DNA of 64,000 nucleotides from Alphaproteobacteria bacterium (GTDB lineage: Bacteria > Pseudomonadota > Alphaproteobacteria > Bin95). Positions within the stretch are counted from its first letter, which is position 1, and every line of letters starts with the position of its first letter. The notes beneath the pieces are model-generated. The model was not told the origin of the DNA, made no database searches, and saw only the letters and a list, made by a program, of their open reading frames with translations. Positions 51,372-61,337 of this stretch are shown here, in pieces. Made by a program: the position numbers and the translations under genes. The DNA lies in NCBI GenBank assembly GCA_964291285.2, contig OZ219785.1:544001-608000 (forward strand). Direction: 5' to 3'.

Positions 51372-51911
51372 TTACCGGTTTTTCGCGTGATAGGATTCAG
51401 CTTTATCAGACATTCGCTGGCCTGAATCGGGATTACGGGTGCGGAGGCGGGCAGCGGAACGATTGCGGATTGCGTCGGCTATGGGCCCCAGCCGGGCCGG
51501 ACCGGAAAATGCGCCTTCGTCGAGCATCCTGCTCACCCGGTCGGCATCCGTTGCCGCAAGAAACGTGAATATCTTGGGAATCGCGCCCGTACGGGAAACG
51601 GACTTGCCCGGATCGACGCCATAGACGCGGCAGAATTCCCGAATGTCTGCAACGCTGGGGAGAAAGCTCTTGTCTTCGAAATGCCGGGCGGCGCGTTCCA
51701 ATATCTGGGCCTTGTCCGGAGGAAGGAGCATCCTGCCCACATAGTCGATTGCGGACGGTTTGCTCCTTGCGCTGCCTGCGCGCTTCGCCGGCGAAGATGG
51801 AACGGCCGAATCCGATGCCACTTGCAGGTCGGCGAGACCGTGCAATACCGAACTCATGCCGTGGCGGCGGACCAGTGTCTGCAAGGTTTCCGTCAGGTCA
51901 TGTCGCGGCAT
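51372..51911 (-). CDS. Hypothetical protein translationally coupled to ParA
   Basis: ATG overlaps the ParA stop (TAATG); lower GC. Confidence 0.7.
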   Translation of the reverse strand: MPRHDLTETLQTLVRRHGMSSVLHGLADLQVASDSAVPSSPAKRAGSARSKPSAIDYVGRMLLPPDKAQILERAARHFEDKSFLPSVADIREFCRVYGVDPGKSVSRTGAIPKIFTFLAATDADRVSRMLDEGAFSGPARLGPIADAIRNRSAARLRTRNPDSGQRMSDKAESYHAKNR

Positions 51912-52786
51912 TAGTCTCCTCCCAAGCCGACGCGGTTAAGGAATTCATCAGCAAATAGAAAGAAACGCCATGCATTTCCGCCGTGGCTCAAATCGCCGCG
52001 CATGCGCTTCGGGAAGCCACGCGAATGGGGAATTTCCTCCTCAAAGATATGCCAGCCATGCTTGTCCGCCTCCTCGTGTATCTCCAGCATCGCTCGGCGT
52101 TTTTCAGGGCCCCCATCGTTACCCCCGTGATAGAAACCGTTATTGATGACGACGCCGATGACCTCAATGCGGTGCGAGGGGTTTTCAACCCTGAATGAAT
52201 TGAGCGACTTCGCAAGCAGAGGAAACCCAATAGTCGCAAAATATTCGGGCCGTACCGGCACCAGCACATACCGGGACGCATGATACGCCGCGCGCGTGAA
52301 CACGGACTCGGTCGGCGGGCAGTCGATCAGCACAAGGTCCCTGTCCTGGAAATTGTCCGCAATATAGCGCGCAAGCACCTGCGGATCGGGTTTGGCCGCC
52401 CGCACGAGATTGTCGGAGAAGTCGAAGCGGGACGGTATGTAGGAAAGCGTTCCGTCAGGATACACCTCCCGAACGGCTTCAAGGGGATTGAGCCGAGTGG
52501 GAGACTCATTGTTCCGGGTTGGAGGCCGGTAACCGTCGAACACCTCTACGATGGACGGTTCCTCACTATCGATAAATCGCTTATATGCCTCACGCATATA
52601 GGCTTGGCTCAGGTTCGCTTGCGGGTCCAGATCGACGGCAAGCACACGAAGATCTTCGTAGGCGGCATACCGTCCCAACAGCGCAACGACGGTCGTCTTG
52701 CCGACACCGCCTTTCATATTGATAACCGATATACAAACAGGCCCGCGTTCGCTCGGCATAGACGGCTTCCCACTAGAGCGATGCAT
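51911..52786 (-). CDS. Orphan ParA/Soj family ATPase
   Basis: INMKGGVGKTT, VDLDPQANLS, LIDCPPT; lower GC than the flanks. Confidence 0.88.
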   Translation of the reverse strand: MHRSSGKPSMPSERGPVCISVINMKGGVGKTTVVALLGRYAAYEDLRVLAVDLDPQANLSQAYMREAYKRFIDSEEPSIVEVFDGYRPPTRNNESPTRLNPLEAVREVYPDGTLSYIPSRFDFSDNLVRAAKPDPQVLARYIADNFQDRDLVLIDCPPTESVFTRAAYHASRYVLVPVRPEYFATIGFPLLAKSLNSFRVENPSHRIEVIGVVINNGFYHGGNDGGPEKRRAMLEIHEEADKHGWHIFEEEIPHSRGFPKRMRGDLSHGGNAWRFFLFADEFLNRVGLGGD

Positions 52787-52878
52787 CGACCATAGTACTC
52801 AGGCAATATGGCGTCAACAAAACTGGCGGTTTGCGGCACGAAGTGCGAACTGGGCGGACAAACTCTGCGTTGGCCCGG

Positions 52879-53673
52879 TCAAGCAATCCACCAGCCGGGG
52901 TAGTGATTGAGCAGAGCTTCTCTCGCGCAGTCGCGGGCCGCCGCGTCGCCGAAAGCAGCGAAGCAGGTGGCGCCGCTGCCGGACATGCGGGCGAACGATG
53001 CGCCTTCCAGCGCCGCCAGCGCGTCGAGGACATCGCCGACTTCGGGTGCGAGCGAGATGGCGGCTGCCGTCAGGTCGTTCGCGTAGCCGGCGAGGTCCGC
53101 CGCCGTTTCCGGCCAGGGCCGGCTTTCGCGGAACGGGCCGCGCCGCGCGCCGAACACGCCGGGCGTCGGCAGGGCGACGCCGGGATTGGCCAGCAGCAGA
53201 TGCGGGGCGGGCCAGTCGGGCAGCGGCGTCAGCCGCTCGCCGATGCCGGCCATGCCGCAGGTTGCGCCGGCGAGGCAGACCGGCACATCCGCGCCGAGCC
53301 CGGCCGCCAGCGCCGGCAGGTCGGCCTCGACGCCCCACAGCCGCGAGAGCAGCCTCAGCGCCGCCGCCGCGTCGGCCGAGCCGCCGCCGAGGCCCGCCGC
53401 CACCGGCAGGTTCTTCTCCAGCACCAGCCGCGCGCCCTGCCCCGGCGCCAGCGCGTTTGCCGCCCGCAGCACCAGATTGTCCGCCTCGCCCGCCAGCGCG
53501 CCTGCGAACGGCCCGGTGACCTCCAGGCTGAGACGTTCGGCAGGCCCGGCATGGAGCACGTCGCCCGCCTCGGCGAAAGCGACCAGGCTTTCCAGCAGGT
53601 GCAGCCCGTCCGCGCGCCGCCCGACGATATGCAGATAGAGGTTGACCTTCGCCGGCGCCGGCTCGCGCAGCAT
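52879..53673 (-). CDS. ispE: 4-diphosphocytidyl-2-C-methyl-D-erythritol kinase
   Basis: APAKVNLYLHI.GRRADG.H.LES, LPVAAGLGGGSADAAA, LGADVP, MSGSGATCF. Confidence 0.95.
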   Translation of the reverse strand: MLREPAPAKVNLYLHIVGRRADGLHLLESLVAFAEAGDVLHAGPAERLSLEVTGPFAGALAGEADNLVLRAANALAPGQGARLVLEKNLPVAAGLGGGSADAAAALRLLSRLWGVEADLPALAAGLGADVPVCLAGATCGMAGIGERLTPLPDWPAPHLLLANPGVALPTPGVFGARRGPFRESRPWPETAADLAGYANDLTAAAISLAPEVGDVLDALAALEGASFARMSGSGATCFAAFGDAAARDCAREALLNHYPGWWIA

Positions 53674-53678
53674 CGGGG

Positions 53679-55325
53679 TCAGCCGCAATCCAGCCCGCAA
53701 TCGAGCCGTTGGCGCAGGCCTTCGACGCGCTCGGGGTCCGGGTCGAACTCCAGCGCGCGCTGCCACTGGTACCGGGCTTCGATCCGGCGTCCCGTCTTCC
53801 AGTAGGCATCGCCCAGATGTTCGTTCACGACCGGGTCCAGCGGCTCCAGAGCGGCTGCGCGCTCCAATTCCTCGACCGCCTCGTCGTACCGCCCGGTGCG
53901 GAAATACACCCACCCCAGGCTGTCGGCGATATAGCCGTCCCTCGGCCGCAGATTGACGGCCTTGGCCAGCATCTCCTCGGCGCGTTCGTAGCGTTCGCCG
54001 CGATCGACCCAGGAATAGCCGAGATAGTTGAGGACGTAAGCCTGGTCCGGCACGAATTCGAGCGCCTTCAGGAAGTCCTGCTCGGCGCGGCTCCAGCGGC
54101 GGGTGCGCTCGAGCGCAATGCCGCGGCCGTAATAGAGCCGCCAGTGCCGGGCCTCGGCCTGTCCCCCGATCCGGGCAATCGCGCGGTCATAGGCGGCCGC
54201 GGCATCCTCGTACCGCTCCTCGCCGCGCAGCAGATGGCCGAGTTCGCCGAGCGGAAACGGGTCTTCGGGACGCGCGCTCGCCTCCGCTTCCAGAACCGCG
54301 GCCGCATCCTCGAACCGGTCCAGCGAGGCATAGGCCCGGGCGCGCTGCGCCTCGGCGGTCGGCCGCAGGACCGAGTCCACCGGCACGGACCGGTAGGTCG
54401 CCACCGCCTCGTCGAACCGGTCCCGGTCGGCGAGAATGTCCCCGGCCAGCAGCACCGCGGCGCCGTGGTCCGGATTGAGCATGGCCGCGAGCCGGGCATA
54501 GAGGAGGGCGACGGGAACGCGGCGGCGGTTCAGCGCATCGGCCATGCCGAACAGCACTTCGGCGACACCCTCCGACGGCGTCGAAACGAGCGGTTCGAGG
54601 CCGGCCGGCCCCTCGACATGGGGCTGCCCGCTGATGAGGCGGTAGCGCTGCAATTGCTGCCGTGCGGCTTCGACGTCGCCGGCTGCCGCCCGGAACGCCG
54701 CATCCGCCAACACGCCGCGCGCGCCGAAACCGGTTTCGCGGAAGCGCTCGAACGCGCTGCCGGCCTCCTCCATCCGGCCCGAGGCCTGAAGGAGAAGGGC
54801 GCGGTGCAGTTTCGCCCAGCCATCGGCGCCCCGGGTTTTTTCCGCCCCGGACAGCGCCTCTTCGACCCCGGGAGCATCGCCTGCCGCGTGGCGCGCCCAT
54901 GCAAGCGCGAGCAGCCGGACAGCCCCCGGCAACGCCTTGCTCCCGGGCGTTTCGAGCCGATTGACCGCGGCCCGCCAGTTCCCCTTTCTCATGTCGTCCA
55001 TGGCCAGGCGCATCGCCACCAGGGCCTTGTCGAGCAATCGGACTCCGCGGGGCGCGCCGGCCGTCAGGGATGCGTCCATCCGCCGGGCAAGGGCGAGACT
55101 CGCTTCGCCGTCGCCCGCCGCGACCCGTATCCGCAGAAGGTGGCCCTGGACCTTGAGGTTTCCGGGGTCGGCCTCCAATGCGCGCCGGTAGAAGTCTTCG
55201 GCGGCGCTGAGGTCGAACTGCTGTTCCGCATAGCGTGCCGCGAGCCAGTCGGTGAGCGCCGGCGCCGCCTCCGGGCGGCAGGCAGCCGAAAACAGGAGCG
55301 CGAATGCCAGGAGGACGGCGCGCAT
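53679..55325 (-). CDS. Tetratricopeptide repeat (lipo)protein
   Basis: VLNYLGYSW, GYIADSLGWV, EHLGDAYW..GR..EAR.QW; conserved position upstream of ispE. Confidence 0.9.
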   Translation of the reverse strand: MRAVLLAFALLFSAACRPEAAPALTDWLAARYAEQQFDLSAAEDFYRRALEADPGNLKVQGHLLRIRVAAGDGEASLALARRMDASLTAGAPRGVRLLDKALVAMRLAMDDMRKGNWRAAVNRLETPGSKALPGAVRLLALAWARHAAGDAPGVEEALSGAEKTRGADGWAKLHRALLLQASGRMEEAGSAFERFRETGFGARGVLADAAFRAAAGDVEAARQQLQRYRLISGQPHVEGPAGLEPLVSTPSEGVAEVLFGMADALNRRRVPVALLYARLAAMLNPDHGAAVLLAGDILADRDRFDEAVATYRSVPVDSVLRPTAEAQRARAYASLDRFEDAAAVLEAEASARPEDPFPLGELGHLLRGEERYEDAAAAYDRAIARIGGQAEARHWRLYYGRGIALERTRRWSRAEQDFLKALEFVPDQAYVLNYLGYSWVDRGERYERAEEMLAKAVNLRPRDGYIADSLGWVYFRTGRYDEAVEELERAAALEPLDPVVNEHLGDAYWKTGRRIEARYQWQRALEFDPDPERVEGLRQRLDCGLDCG

Positions 55326-55335
55326 TCGCCCACCC

Positions 55336-56979
55336 TCACATGTTCGGATAGTTGGGTCCGCCGCCGCCTTCCGGCACCGTCCAGACGATGTTCTGGGTCG
55401 GGTCCTTGATGTCGCAGGTCTTGCAGTGGACGCAGTTCTGCGCGTTGATCTGAAGGCGCGGCCCGCCGCCGTCCTCGACGATCTCGTAAACCCCGGCCGG
55501 GCAGTAACGCTGCTCGGGCGCATCGAATTCGGCGAGATTGACCCGGATGGGGAGTTCCGCATCCTTCAGCACCAGATGGACCGGCTGGTCCTCTTCGTGG
55601 TTTGTGCCCGAAAGATAGACCGAGGACGGCTTGTCGAAGGACACCACCCCGTCCGGCCTCGGGTATTCGATCGGCTTGTGGTCCTCGCGGCGGCCGGTGG
55701 CGGCGTGGTCCGTGCCGTGGTGGCGCAGCGTCCAGGGCGCCCGGCCGCGCAGCAGCATCTGGTCGAAGCCCGCATGGAGCATCCCGGCCGCAAGGCCCCA
55801 GCGGAAGCCGGGGCGGACATTGCGCGCCCGGTGCAGCTCGTCATGCAGCCAGGACGCGCGGAAGGCCTCCGGATAGGCCGCGAGCTCGTCGCCCCCTTCC
55901 GAGCCTTCCGACAGCCGCCGGAAGGCCGCCTCGGCGGCCAGCATGCCGGTCTTCATGGCGCCGTGGCTGCCCTTGATGCGCGGCACGTTGAGGAACCCCG
56001 CCTCGCAGCCGATCAGCGCGCCGCCCGGAAACACGAGCTTCGGCAGCGCCTGCATCCCGCCCTCGTTCACCGCCCGGGCCCCGTAGGCGACCCGCTGCCC
56101 GCCTTCGAAGAAGGGGCGGATCTTCGGATGGGTCTTGTAGCGCTGGAACTCGTCGAAGGGGCTCAGCCACGGATTGCGGTAGTCGAGAGCGATGACGAAA
56201 CCGACCGCCACCTGCCCGCCCGCCAGATGGTAGAGGAACGACCCGCCATAGGTGCGCCCGTCCATCGGCCAGCCGGCGGTATGGACCACCAGCCCCGGCT
56301 CGTGGACCGCCGGATCGACGTCCCACAGCTCCTTGATGCCGATGCCGTAGGTCTGCGGCAGGCAATCCTGCCGGAGGTCGAAGCGGTCCATGAGCTGCTT
56401 GCCGAGCGAGCCGCGGCAGCCCTCGGCGAACATTGTGTATTTGGCGCGCAGTTCTATGCCGGGCTCGTGCGTCGCCTTGGGGCCGCCGTCGCGCCCGATG
56501 CCCATGTCGCCCGTCGCCACGCCGGCCACCGACCCGTCCTCGCGGTAAAGCACTTCGGCGGCGGCGAAACCCGGATAGATTTCCACCTCCAGCGCCTCGG
56601 CCTGTTCGGCCATCCAGCGGCAGACATTGCCGAGGCTGACGATATGGTTGCCGTGGTTGCGCAATGCCGGGGGCATGAACGGGCCCGGCACCCGAAAGGC
56701 GCGTTTCTCGCCGAGCAGATAGAACCGGTCCTCCGTAACCGGCGTGTCCAGAGGCGCGCCGAGCTCCTGCCAGTCGGGCAGCAATTCGTTGAGCGCACGC
56801 GGATCGAGAACGGCGCCCGACAGGATATGGGCGCCGATCTCGGAGCCCTTCTCGACCAGGCAGACGGCAAGCTCGGACCCGGCCTCGGCCGCAAGCTGTT
56901 TCAGGCGTATCGCGGCAGCCAGCCCTGCCGGGCCGCCACCGACGATGACGACATCGAACTCCATGCTCTCGCGTTCCAT
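55336..56979 (-). CDS. Electron transfer flavoprotein-ubiquinone oxidoreductase
   Basis: [46 protein letters not shown]. Confidence 0.96.
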   Translation of the reverse strand: MERESMEFDVVIVGGGPAGLAAAIRLKQLAAEAGSELAVCLVEKGSEIGAHILSGAVLDPRALNELLPDWQELGAPLDTPVTEDRFYLLGEKRAFRVPGPFMPPALRNHGNHIVSLGNVCRWMAEQAEALEVEIYPGFAAAEVLYREDGSVAGVATGDMGIGRDGGPKATHEPGIELRAKYTMFAEGCRGSLGKQLMDRFDLRQDCLPQTYGIGIKELWDVDPAVHEPGLVVHTAGWPMDGRTYGGSFLYHLAGGQVAVGFVIALDYRNPWLSPFDEFQRYKTHPKIRPFFEGGQRVAYGARAVNEGGMQALPKLVFPGGALIGCEAGFLNVPRIKGSHGAMKTGMLAAEAAFRRLSEGSEGGDELAAYPEAFRASWLHDELHRARNVRPGFRWGLAAGMLHAGFDQMLLRGRAPWTLRHHGTDHAATGRREDHKPIEYPRPDGVVSFDKPSSVYLSGTNHEEDQPVHLVLKDAELPIRVNLAEFDAPEQRYCPAGVYEIVEDGGGPRLQINAQNCVHCKTCDIKDPTQNIVWTVPEGGGGPNYPNM

Positions 56980-57040
56980 GTCCCGCCCTCTCCACCCGGC
57001 GTATTTTGCGCTAACATAGTCTGGACATTCAGGCTGCGCC

Positions 57041-57811
57041 ATGACCGAACGGGAACCCTTGTTCGCGGCGCTGGAGTGGCAATTGGAGGCGGGTGTGGAC
57101 GAGGTTGTCGGCTTCGAGCCGGTCGACCGGTTCGCCCCGCCGCCGGTAAGCAAGGCGCCGGTCTCCCCGCCCCCTGCTCCCGGGGCGGCGCCGTCGCTCG
57201 TGCGCACGGCGGCGGCGCCCGCCGCGCAGGATGTGGCGGCGGACGGCGATCTGGATGCGCTCCGCGAGCGCCTGCTCGCCTTCGACGGCTGCGCGCTGAA
57301 GAAGACGGCCACCAACACGGTGTTCGGCGAAGGGCCGGCCGGGGCCGGCCTGATGATCGTCGGAGAGGCGCCGGGGGCCGACGAGGACCGGCAGGGCCGC
57401 CCCTTCGTCGGGCCGAGCGGGCGGCTTCTGGAACGGATGCTGGCAGCAATCGGGCTCGCCCGCGAGGAGGTCTATATCGCCAACACCGTCTATTGGCGCC
57501 CGCCGGGCAACCGCACGCCTTCGGCGGAGGAGGTGGAAGCCTGCCGTCCGTTCGTGGACCGGCAGATTGCGCTGGTGGCGCCGAAAGTGCTGATGCTGGC
57601 CGGCGGCGCGGCCGCCAAGACGCTGCTCGGCACGACGGAGGGCATCATGCGCCTGCGCGGGCGCTGGCAGGCCTTCGCGACGCCGGACGGGCCGGTCGAT
57701 GTCATGCCGACCTTCCACCCGGCTTTCCTGCTGCGCTCGCCCGCGCGCAAGCGCGAGGCCTGGCGGGACCTGCTGGCCGTGAAGGCCCGGCTGGAGGCCG
57801 GACGCCCGTGA
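57041..57811 (+). CDS. Uracil-DNA glycosylase family 4
   Basis: [36 protein letters not shown]. Confidence 0.94.
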   Translation: MTEREPLFAALEWQLEAGVDEVVGFEPVDRFAPPPVSKAPVSPPPAPGAAPSLVRTAAAPAAQDVAADGDLDALRERLLAFDGCALKKTATNTVFGEGPAGAGLMIVGEAPGADEDRQGRPFVGPSGRLLERMLAAIGLAREEVYIANTVYWRPPGNRTPSAEEVEACRPFVDRQIALVAPKVLMLAGGAAAKTLLGTTEGIMRLRGRWQAFATPDGPVDVMPTFHPAFLLRSPARKREAWRDLLAVKARLEAGRP

Positions 57812-59526
57812 GAGTCCTTGCGCTCGCCATGCTGACGGTATGGAGCGGCGCCGCCGGGGCCGCCGAGCTCCGGATCCTGTCGCCGGCCGATACGGAGCGT
57901 TACCAGCGCCTCTTCCAGCTGGAGGCGGAGAACCTCTGGGAGGAATCGGACGCGCTGGCGAAGGAGCTGGAGAACCGGCTGCTGATGGGCCATGTGCTTT
58001 ACCAGCGCTACGCCGTCTCGCGCGAGTATGTCACGCCATACGAGGAATTGCGGGCATGGCTGGAGGCCTATGGCGACCATCCGGGAGCGCAGGCAGTGTC
58101 GCGCCTGGCGCTCAAGCGCCGGCCGCCGGGCGCGCTGCCGCCGCCGCCGGAGAGGCATCCGCCCGTGCGCAAGCCGACGCCGGTGTTCCTCGCTGCGCCC
58201 CTGCGGAAACCGCCGACGGCCGTCGGCCGGATCTATGCCCGGATCATCGGGCAGCACCTGAGGAACGAGCGGCCCGATCTTGCACGAAGCCTGTTCCGCG
58301 ACGCGGCCGTGCACCGCGCGCTCGGGCAGGATTACGCAGACAAGCTGCGCGCCGATATCGCGTTCTTCTACTACCTTCTCGGCAAGGATGCGGAAGCCTA
58401 CAGCCTCGCCTCGAGGCGCGCGGAGCTCGCGCAGGGCCGGGTTTCGCTGCTCCACTGGGTCGCCGGGCTGGCGGCGCTCAGGCTCGGCTGGCATGCGGGC
58501 GCGGCGCGGCATTTCGCAGCCCATGCGCGGTCTCCCGCGGCCTCGCCCTGGAACGCGTCCGCCGGCGCCTTCTGGGCGGCAAGGATGCTGCGGCAGATCG
58601 AGCGGCCCGAAGAGGCCGAAATATGGCTCCGGGAAGCGGCGCGCCACAAGCGCACCTTCTACGGCATGCTGGCCCGCGAGATGCTGGGCCTGCCGCATGG
58701 ATTGAATTTCGAGCCGCCGCCGCTCGACGATGCGGACCGCCTGCGGATTCACGCGGAACCGGCGGCAGTCCGCGCGCTGGCGCTGGCCGAAATCGGGCGC
58801 ACGGTCGGGGCGGAGGCCGAAATGCGCAGCGCTCTCGCCGATGCCGATTCCGACACGACGCGCGCCCTGCTCGCCGCTTCCACAGCCGCCAGCCTGCCGC
58901 GCGCGGCGCTGCTGGCCGGACGCCGCCTGCTCGGCCGCGGCGACGCGCCCCGCGACCTCGCGCTCTATCCGCTGGCGCCCTGGGAACCGGAGGGCGGCTA
59001 CGGCCTGGACCGGGCGCTGCTGCTGGGCTTCATGCGCCGCGAGAGCGCCTTCGACACCCGCGCCTTCAGCAAGGCCGGCGCGCGCGGGCTGATGCAGCTC
59101 ATGCCCTCGACCGCGAATGCCGTTTCCGGCGGCGAGCGCTTCGCCGGCAGGAAGCTCAAGCGCCTTCTGGAACCCGAGCTCAACCTGACGCTCGGACGCA
59201 ACTATCTCAGCATGCTGCTGAAGAAGGACGAGGTCTCGGGCGACCTGCTCAACCTCGCCATCGCCTACAATGCCGGCGCCGGCCGGCTGCGCCGCTGGAA
59301 CGCCGCCGTGCGCCACATGGACGACCGGCTGCTGTTCATCGAGAGCCTGCCGGCGAAGGAGACCCGGTTGTTCGTCGAGCATGTGCTCACGAATATCTGG
59401 GCCTATCGCGCGCGTCTGGGCCAGAAGCGGCCGAGCCTGGCCGCGCTGGCGGCCGGCGAGGCGCCGCTCTATAAGTCCCTCGATATCCGTCAGGCGGACG
59501 CGAGCGGCACTCCGCCGAATGTGTGA
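57808..59526 (+). CDS. Soluble lytic transglycosylase (SLT domain)
   Basis: RRESAF, GARGLMQLMPSTA, AYNAG, FIESLP.KETR.FV. Confidence 0.92.
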   Translation: MRVLALAMLTVWSGAAGAAELRILSPADTERYQRLFQLEAENLWEESDALAKELENRLLMGHVLYQRYAVSREYVTPYEELRAWLEAYGDHPGAQAVSRLALKRRPPGALPPPPERHPPVRKPTPVFLAAPLRKPPTAVGRIYARIIGQHLRNERPDLARSLFRDAAVHRALGQDYADKLRADIAFFYYLLGKDAEAYSLASRRAELAQGRVSLLHWVAGLAALRLGWHAGAARHFAAHARSPAASPWNASAGAFWAARMLRQIERPEEAEIWLREAARHKRTFYGMLAREMLGLPHGLNFEPPPLDDADRLRIHAEPAAVRALALAEIGRTVGAEAEMRSALADADSDTTRALLAASTAASLPRAALLAGRRLLGRGDAPRDLALYPLAPWEPEGGYGLDRALLLGFMRRESAFDTRAFSKAGARGLMQLMPSTANAVSGGERFAGRKLKRLLEPELNLTLGRNYLSMLLKKDEVSGDLLNLAIAYNAGAGRLRRWNAAVRHMDDRLLFIESLPAKETRLFVEHVLTNIWAYRARLGQKRPSLAALAAGEAPLYKSLDIRQADASGTPPNV

Positions 59527-59555
59527 GGCGTCCTCGCCCGGAAAGCATCTCCGCA

Positions 59556-60107
59556 ATGCCAGGAACGATCGACGAGAGCCGCCCCTTCATCCCCGTGCGC
59601 ATCGCGGTGCTTACCGTCTCGGACACGCGCGGCGCGGCCGACGACCGCTCGGGCGACACGCTGGTCGGGCGGCTGGAGAGCGACGGGCACATACTCGCGG
59701 ACCGCGCCATCGTCCGCGACGAGATCGACGTCATCCGGTCGGCGTTGCGGCGCTGGATCGACGATCCCGAAATCGACTGCGTGATTGCGACCGGCGGCAC
59801 CGGACTTACGGGCCGGGACGTCACGCCCGAAGCCTTCGAGGGCGTCTATGAGAAGCGGATCGACGGCTTCGGCGAGCTGTTCCGCTGGCAGAGCTTCCAG
59901 AAGATCGGCGCCTCGACCATCCAGTCCCGCGCCACGGCCGGCACGGCCGGCGGCACCTACCTGTTCGCCCTGCCCGGCTCGACCGGCGCCTGCCGGGACG
60001 CCTGGGACGACATCCTCCACTGGCAGCTCGACTACCGCTTCCGCCCCTGCAATTTCGTCGAAATCATGCCCCGCCTCCAGGAGCATGTGACGGGCCGGGG
60101 CGGCTGA
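59556..60107 (+). CDS. moaB: Molybdenum cofactor biosynthesis protein B
   Basis: IAVLTVSDTR..DDRSG, TGGTGLTGRDVTPEA, LPGSTGAC. Confidence 0.94.
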   Translation: MPGTIDESRPFIPVRIAVLTVSDTRGAADDRSGDTLVGRLESDGHILADRAIVRDEIDVIRSALRRWIDDPEIDCVIATGGTGLTGRDVTPEAFEGVYEKRIDGFGELFRWQSFQKIGASTIQSRATAGTAGGTYLFALPGSTGACRDAWDDILHWQLDYRFRPCNFVEIMPRLQEHVTGRGG

Positions 60108-60147
60108 GCGCCTTCCTGAGACTTGACCGCCCCGACTGCCGGCTCCA

Positions 60148-60161
60148 TGTTACATGTAACA
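60148..60161. promoter_or_regulatory. Perfect 14-bp palindrome, probable toxin-antitoxin autorepression operator
   Basis: TGTTACATGTAACA downstream of TTGACC (60123-60128), 17 bp before the antitoxin ATG. Confidence 0.65.
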
Positions 60162-60178
60162 ACGGGCCGGGGTGAATC

Positions 60179-60397
60179 ATGCCTTCGTCGAACGCCGAGC
60201 GTGTCCGCAAGCGGAGGGAGGCCCTCCGGGCGCAGGGGCTCCGTCCCGTCCAGCTCTGGGTCCCCGACAGCCGGCGGCCGGGCTTCGAAGAGGAATGCCG
60301 CCGGCAGGCGGCGCTGGCGGCGGCGGCGGACCGGAACGACCCTGAACTTATGGCCTTCTTGGACGCCGCTCTGGAAGACCTGGACGATCCGGAGTGA
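60179..60397 (+). CDS. MazE-like antitoxin (DUF3018)
   Basis: RV...R..LR.QGLRPVQLWVPD.R.PGF.EECRRQ; GTGA overlap with the toxin. Confidence 0.88.
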   Translation: MPSSNAERVRKRREALRAQGLRPVQLWVPDSRRPGFEEECRRQAALAAAADRNDPELMAFLDAALEDLDDPE

Positions 60398-60720
60398 CGC
60401 GCGGCGACCTTGTAACCGTTGTCGCGCCGGGAGAATTCGGCAAGCCGCGCCCCGCCCTCGTGGTGCAGTCGGACCGGTTCCGGGAAACGGCGACCGTAAC
60501 GGTTCTACCGGTGACATCGACCGAGGCGGAAACGCCGTTGTTCCGGGTTGCAGTCGAACCGTCTCCGGCCAATGGTCTGCGAACGCGATCCTTCGTCATG
60601 GCCGACAAGGCCACAACGGTACGGATCGGCAAATTGGGTCAACCGTTCGGCCGCCTTGAGGAGGACGCCATGCGCGCCGTGAACCGCGCGCTCGCGCTGT
60701 TCCTCGGCATCGTTACCTGA
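60394..60720 (+). CDS. PemK/MazF family toxin
   Basis: RGDLV.V..PGE.GKPRPALVVQSD, TVLPVTS, NGL...S.VM.DK. Confidence 0.92.
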   Translation: MTRGDLVTVVAPGEFGKPRPALVVQSDRFRETATVTVLPVTSTEAETPLFRVAVEPSPANGLRTRSFVMADKATTVRIGKLGQPFGRLEEDAMRAVNRALALFLGIVT

Positions 60721-60766
60721 CGCGCCGGGCGGATTTCTCCGACGCTGAAGCCAGAAGGGACCCGCC

Positions 60767-61324
60767 ATGACTCTCCTCGTTGCCGGACTCGCGCTCTTCA
60801 TCGTCCTGCACCTGGTTCCGAGCGTTCCCCCTCTTCGCGCCGGCCTTGTCGCCGGTATGGGAGAGAAGCGGTATCGCGGGGCGTTCTCGGCCCTCGCGCT
60901 CGCAGGCCTCGTGCTGATCGTATGGGGCTATTCGGCGGCTCCGTTCGAGCCGGTCTATTCGCCTCCGGACTGGGGGCGGCAGGCGGCGATGTGGCTGGCG
61001 CCGGCGGCGTTCGTGCTGTTTGCGGCGGCCAACATGGCGACGCACATCCGGTCCGTCGTCCGGCACCCCATGCTGCTCGGGCTCCTTTTCTGGGCGCTCG
61101 CCCATCTGGCGGCGAACGGCGACCTGCGCTCGCTCATGCTCTTCGGGGGGCTGGCGGGATTCTCCGTGGCGGCGGCGGTGAGCGCCGTGGCGCGCGGCAA
61201 GCGGCCCCCCGCCGACAGGAAGCCGCGCCTCGCGATGGATGCGGCGGCGCTCGCGTCGGGGCTCGTCGCCGCTGCCGTCTTCGCATATTTCCACGCCGCA
61301 TTGTTCGGCGTGCCGGTGCTGTAG
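60767..61324 (+). CDS. NnrU family membrane protein
   Basis: GLALF..LH, RHPMLLG...WALAHL.ANGD. Confidence 0.85.
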   Translation: MTLLVAGLALFIVLHLVPSVPPLRAGLVAGMGEKRYRGAFSALALAGLVLIVWGYSAAPFEPVYSPPDWGRQAAMWLAPAAFVLFAAANMATHIRSVVRHPMLLGLLFWALAHLAANGDLRSLMLFGGLAGFSVAAAVSAVARGKRPPADRKPRLAMDAAALASGLVAAAVFAYFHAALFGVPVL

Positions 61325-61337
61325 AATTCTTCCCGGA

